Below are positions 60,386 through 64,000 of a stretch of 64,000 nt of DNA, in pieces. The stretch covers positions 403,306 through 467,305 of the forward strand of contig JAMWCF010000001.1 in the NCBI GenBank assembly GCA_023818695.1, in the 5' to 3' direction. The DNA is from Candidatus Omnitrophota bacterium (lineage in GTDB: Bacteria; Omnitrophota; Gorgyraeia; 1-14-0-20-64-10). Positions within the stretch are counted from its first letter, which is position 1. Each line of letters starts with the position of its first letter. Made by a program: the position numbers and the translations under genes. Under the pieces are notes generated by a model. It had not been told where the DNA came from and made no database searches. It was given only the letters and a program-made list of their open reading frames with translations.

Positions 60386-61018
60386 TCAATCGAGCCGGTA
60401 CTGGATCAGAAACTCCAAATCCGGCAAAGAATTCTTCAACTCGTCGGGACACCGGGGATAGGGGACGGCCTCCTGAACCCCCTTAACCGCCAGCTCCCCT
60501 ATGAGGGGATCCGAAGCTTCCAGCAAAACCGCCGTCTTCAACTGGCCATCCGGCCGGATGGAAAGACGCAAACGGACCGCTCCCTCGATCGGGTTGCGGG
60601 GATAAACAAGGTTCGTTTCGAGATGCTGGCGGATGAGATTTTTGTACTCAACAAGGGCAAACGCCGACTGCGGAATGACCGCCCCCGCTCCGCGAAGAAC
60701 CGGCAGATCGGCAACGGATGACTTCGTGCTTCGCCGAACTGATGGGGTTGCAACCTCCAGCTGCTTGCGAACGGTATCCGGCTTCTGTTCCTTCGGGGCA
60801 ACGGCAGGCAAAACCGGCTTATCCGGCACAGAAGGCCGGACGATCGCCGCCGGGGGACCGGTCTTCCGACGGTTCACGTCCTTCCCAGAGAGAGCGATGT
60901 ACGAAATTTCCAGCGGGTGCAATGTTTCCCGAGAAGGAACTATCCCGCTGGGCGGTCGGATGGCCAGAAGCCCCATGTGCAGAAGAACGGAAGCCGCAAC
61001 GGAGACTTTCAAGCTCAT
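60386..61018 (-). CDS. TonB family protein (paralogue 1)
   Basis: N-terminal anchor VSVAASVLLHMGLLAI, a Pro-rich spacer, and a C-terminal TonB_C-like domain (YKNLIRQHLETNLVYPRNPIEGAVRLRLSI). Confidence 0.7.
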   Translation of the reverse strand: MSLKVSVAASVLLHMGLLAIRPPSGIVPSRETLHPLEISYIALSGKDVNRRKTGPPAAIVRPSVPDKPVLPAVAPKEQKPDTVRKQLEVATPSVRRSTKSSVADLPVLRGAGAVIPQSAFALVEYKNLIRQHLETNLVYPRNPIEGAVRLRLSIRPDGQLKTAVLLEASDPLIGELAVKGVQEAVPYPRCPDELKNSLPDLEFLIQYRLD

Positions 61019-61033
61019 CGAGACCGCACGCCG

Positions 61034-61669
61034 CTAACTCTCCTGAAACCGTATCCTGACAGTGAACGAAACCGTCTCCTTGAGCCACGACGCCGGCAGA
61101 GGCGGAAACGGGGCGGACGCCTGAATCCCCTCCAGGACCGCTTTTTCCAGAGGGGTCCCCGCGGCGGAACCCGATCCGATCACCTTTGCCGATTTCACGT
61201 TGCCGTGCTGGTCCAGCACAAAGTAAAGAATCGCCTCCGTCCGGCCGACCACTCGTGCGCCGGCCCTGTGACGGATCGTTCTGCCTAGCTTTGAGCGCAG
61301 TTGCTCGATATACGGCTGCATCGATGCCGCATCTTTTCCATCCAGCGTCAAAACAGCGGATGTGTCTTTTTGCTCCTCCACAGGGGCGATGGCTTCATCC
61401 GCCTGAATGGAGCGCCCTCCGGCGGTCGGTGCCTGTTGAAACCGTGGACCAGTCTCGGGGATGTAAACAAATTCGATCTCCGGCAGAAGGTCGGACGGTT
61501 CCGCTGATAAAACGGCGGGATCTTGGCTGACATCGTCATGACGACGGACCGGAAAAAAGGCCCCTTTCCCGATGCTGAATGTCAGCATGACCGCGGCATG
61601 GAAAAACAGGGAACAGCTGACCGCTACTTGGAAGCGGCGACGGCTGCCGCCGACCTGTGCGTTATCCAC
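61034..61669 (-). CDS. TonB family protein (paralogue 2)
   Basis: N-terminal anchor VAVSCSLFFHAAVMLTF and a C-terminal TonB_C-like region (ILYFVLDQHGNVKSAKVIGSGSAAGTPLEKAVLEGIQASAPFPPLP). Confidence 0.7.
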   Translation of the reverse strand: MDNAQVGGSRRRFQVAVSCSLFFHAAVMLTFSIGKGAFFPVRRHDDVSQDPAVLSAEPSDLLPEIEFVYIPETGPRFQQAPTAGGRSIQADEAIAPVEEQKDTSAVLTLDGKDAASMQPYIEQLRSKLGRTIRHRAGARVVGRTEAILYFVLDQHGNVKSAKVIGSGSAAGTPLEKAVLEGIQASAPFPPLPASWLKETVSFTVRIRFQES

Positions 61670-62154
61670 CGATTCAAAAGTTCATAACCCCCGAAAAGGA
61701 TGGCGGTGTAGAGAACGTCTCCAATCAAGCCGTTGCGATAAAACGGAATGCCGGCGGCGTAACAGGCCGCCAATCCGCCCGCATCCGCCGGATAATATCC
61801 CTTCCCGCACCCGAACAGCCACACCCCGAAATTGGACAGGAGAAAAAACAGGGTCGACGCCAGCGCGGAGCAGCCAACGACGCCGGCGACCGTCCGTCTT
61901 TTCCTCAAGAGGAAACCGATGCCGGCGCTCAAGGCCACGGCCGCCCAGCCGAACAGATGCTCCGGAATCCAGCCCAGCAGGAGGTCCCCCGCGGCCATCG
62001 CCGACACCGCCGCCAAGGGGGCCCATCTTTTCGGAAGGGTGGCCCCGCAAAAAAGACCGATTCCGATCACGGGAGCGATATTGGGAATGTGCGGCATCAC
62101 GCGCAGGATAACGGCCATGAAAACAAAAAATAAAGGGAGACGCACTTGTTCCAT
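61624..62154 (-). CDS. Polytopic membrane protein, DUF6580-like putative transporter component
   Basis: MEQVRLPLFFVFMAVILRVMPHIPNIAPVIGIGLF... and ...GIPFYRNGLIGDVLY match my recollection of DUF6580. It sits between the TonB genes and the receptor. Confidence 0.5.
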   Translation of the reverse strand: MEQVRLPLFFVFMAVILRVMPHIPNIAPVIGIGLFCGATLPKRWAPLAAVSAMAAGDLLLGWIPEHLFGWAAVALSAGIGFLLRKRRTVAGVVGCSALASTLFFLLSNFGVWLFGCGKGYYPADAGGLAACYAAGIPFYRNGLIGDVLYTAILFGGYELLNRWITHRSAAAVAASK

Positions 62155-62207
62155 AAAAACCTCCTTTTTAACGTCCCTCTTACTATACCAAAATAAGTTT
62201 TTCGGCT

Positions 62208-64000
62208 CTACAGATCCCAGGAAATACCAATCAACCATGTCCTCGGAGCAGCCGGGTTCTCCCCGGTCGACACCGCCGTGGCAATGGAGGAGGGAGCCGT
62301 CTCATACTCCTCATCCAGGAGGTTTAGAACGGTGCAATAGACCCTGGTGTTCTTTGGAAGCCGATACTCGAGGGTGCCGTTGACGACCCCGTAGATGTCG
62401 GCCGGGAACCTGTTGTTGAAATCGTTGATCCTGAACTGATCCCCCACCCACAGCAGATCCAGGTCGCCTGCAAGGTTCTTGACGATAGGAAAGCGGACCC
62501 CAGCCGTCACCCGGTGTCGGGGAACAGCCGGAATCTCATAGCCGGTGAAGATCCCCTTATGGAACTGCGCCTCCATCAAGGTGTAGGTCGAGTAATAGGA
62601 AACCCCTTTCTCCTTCCAATCACCTGATACGCTCAACTCCATCCCCTTGCGGCGAGTGGTGAAGTTGGAGTTCTCGAAGGTGAAGAAATTGAAAAGAATC
62701 TCATCTTTCGCGTGGATGAAAAAACCGGCCGCCTTGATGACCGCCCACGGAGCCGCCTGCCAGCGGACGCCGACCTCGTAATGGTCGGCCAACTGCGGTT
62801 TCACGTCAACCGAATCGTTAAAAGGCGGCAGGACAGCGTCCAGGTCGTCTATGTTCGGCGCCTTGAACGCGCGCGCAGCGCTGGCATAGATGCTGGCTGA
62901 ATCATGGATCCGATAATTGACCCCGACCTTGGGACTCCTTCCTTCGAAGCGCAGCGTCCCGTCGAAAGTTGGAAAAGTTAGTGATTCCTCATACCGGCTT
63001 TTGTCGAACCTAAAACCCATCGTGATCGTCAGCCGCTCGAAGAGGCGCAGCGCCTCCTCCAGGTAGATCCCGTAAGCCGTCCGGTTCGACTCCGATTTCG
63101 AACCGGTCCGGCTGCCGGTCACCGCCTTGTCTTTGGCGGCGTCCACACCCGCGATGCTGGAGAGCTCCCAGGCGGACCCCTTCGCTTCATGGCCGACCCG
63201 GACCCCCCCTCCCAGGGTTTTGGCGATGTTGGCAAACCGGCTCGTGACGACCGAATCCGACTCCCTGTCGTTGACGAAAAGATTGCCGACGGCGGTCCAG
63301 GCCTCCCCAATCCTTTGGGTCCACTGCGCGGAAGCGGAATCCTGATGATCGTCAAAAAATCCGGCGAATGACCCCTCCTGTTTCCGGTTCTTCTCCACGG
63401 TCTCCTTCGTGATCCCTCCGGCGAAGCCGGTCGTGTCCTGGTGGTCGCTGGCGGTGAACTCCAACCGGGTGTCGGGAGTCGGCTCCCATCCTCCGAAAAG
63501 ATTCACGGTTGTGCCGCGGGAGATGACCCTGTTTCGGTACCCGCCTGTCTCCTGCCGCGTCACCCCAGCGCTGTACGAAAATTTCCCTTCGGTACCCCGC
63601 GCAACCGAGGTGATGCGCCGGTGAAGATAGCTGCCCACCTCCGCGGAACCCTGGAACTGGATTGGTTTGTCACCTCCACGCTTGGTGATGACGTTGATCA
63701 CGCCGCTCAAGGCCCCCTCCCCATAGATGGTGCCTGCCCCACCCCGGATGACCTCGATCCTTTCGATCTGTTCCACGGGGATCGAAAGCCAATGGACCTC
63801 ATCGCCAGTGATCCGGTTCTGGCGGATCCCGTTGACCAACACAAGGGCGTTGGTTCTTGAGCTGTTGGCGAAACCTCTTATATTCAATCCGCTGTCCACG
63901 CCCAAACCGGACCCCGCGGAGTCCAGCAGACTGACCCCCTCAAGCTGGGCCAGAAGGTCGGTCACGGTTTCGGCCCCTGACGCCCTGATCCGTTCTTCTT
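62208..64000 (-). CDS. TonB-dependent outer-membrane receptor (5' end lies outside the window)
   Basis: Plug-domain motifs (DLLAQLEGVSL, NIRGF, VLVNGIRQN, IERIEVIRGGAGTIYG) and a long beta-barrel region. The frame stays open upstream of the GTG at 63965 to the window edge. Confidence 0.85.
   Translation of the reverse strand, partial: EERIRASGAETVTDLLAQLEGVSLLDSAGSGLGVDSGLNIRGFANSSRTNALVLVNGIRQNRITGDEVHWLSIPVEQIERIEVIRGGAGTIYGEGALSGVINVITKRGGDKPIQFQGSAEVGSYLHRRITSVARGTEGKFSYSAGVTRQETGGYRNRVISRGTTVNLFGGWEPTPDTRLEFTASDHQDTTGFAGGITKETVEKNRKQEGSFAGFFDDHQDSASAQWTQRIGEAWTAVGNLFVNDRESDSVVTSRFANIAKTLGGGVRVGHEAKGSAWELSSIAGVDAAKDKAVTGSRTGSKSESNRTAYGIYLEEALRLFERLTITMGFRFDKSRYEESLTFPTFDGTLRFEGRSPKVGVNYRIHDSASIYASAARAFKAPNIDDLDAVLPPFNDSVDVKPQLADHYEVGVRWQAAPWAVIKAAGFFIHAKDEILFNFFTFENSNFTTRRKGMELSVSGDWKEKGVSYYSTYTLMEAQFHKGIFTGYEIPAVPRHRVTAGVRFPIVKNLAGDLDLLWVGDQFRINDFNNRFPADIYGVVNGTLEYRLPKNTRVYCTVLNLLDEEYETAPSSIATAVSTGENPAAPRTWLIGISWDL

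Noticed and set aside
1-64000. Search for CRISPR arrays, rRNA, IS elements, retron/DGR reverse transcriptases and toxin-antitoxin pairs.
   Set aside because: I saw no regularly spaced direct repeats, no rRNA-like sequence, and no transposase, integrase or RT motifs in any ORF. This was an eye scan only, not a computational repeat search.

Overview
This window is 64 kb of GC-rich, densely coding bacterial chromosome. It has diderm hallmarks: TonB and a TonB-dependent receptor, ADP-heptose genes, and type IV pilus/T2SS-type machinery. Lineage cannot be assigned from the sequence alone. Several families present (DUF2723, a small basic protein, PolX, Memo-like) are common in uncultivated PVC/Omnitrophota-like groups, but that is only an impression. 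I call about 70 CDS, two tRNAs (Ala-CGC, Gly-CCC), one decayed pilin cassette, and a handful of promoters and terminators. Two genes were found by hand because they fall below the ORF-track size cutoff: rpsU and a 50-aa membrane protein.

Left end (1-10.3 kb): a pilus locus. It has a PilB/MshE-type ATPase with tandem MshEN-like c-di-GMP-binding motifs, PilC, and three tandem divergent pilin paralogues plus a pilin remnant. It runs straight into a glycosylation block: a DUF2723/TMEM260-like GT-C enzyme, a GT2, a GT4 and a polyprenol-phosphate-mannose synthase. A separately promoted pseudopilin follows. My best candidate for an undescribed system is pilin O-mannosylation by the DUF2723 enzyme.

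Middle: DNA repair genes (UvrD, PolX, EndoIII-like, NUDIX) and a strikingly AT-rich island carrying a tiny membrane-protein gene. There is also a c-di-GMP module (REC-pseudoREC, membrane GAF-HD-GYP, two PilZ proteins, a hydrolase). It is preceded by a near-consensus promoter, a ~170-nt leader and an intrinsic terminator, which makes it a candidate riboswitch or attenuator. MshM/GspB-like genes, further PilZ proteins and a second HD-GYP gene follow.

Right half: mostly housekeeping genes (rnc, aroB, aroQ, efp, accBC, a PPi-type pfk, gmhA/rfaE, thiE, rpsU, an M16 peptidase). It ends in a TonB-dependent receptor / DUF6580-like / double TonB cluster that runs off the window.

I saw no CRISPR array, transposase, integrase or rRNA.
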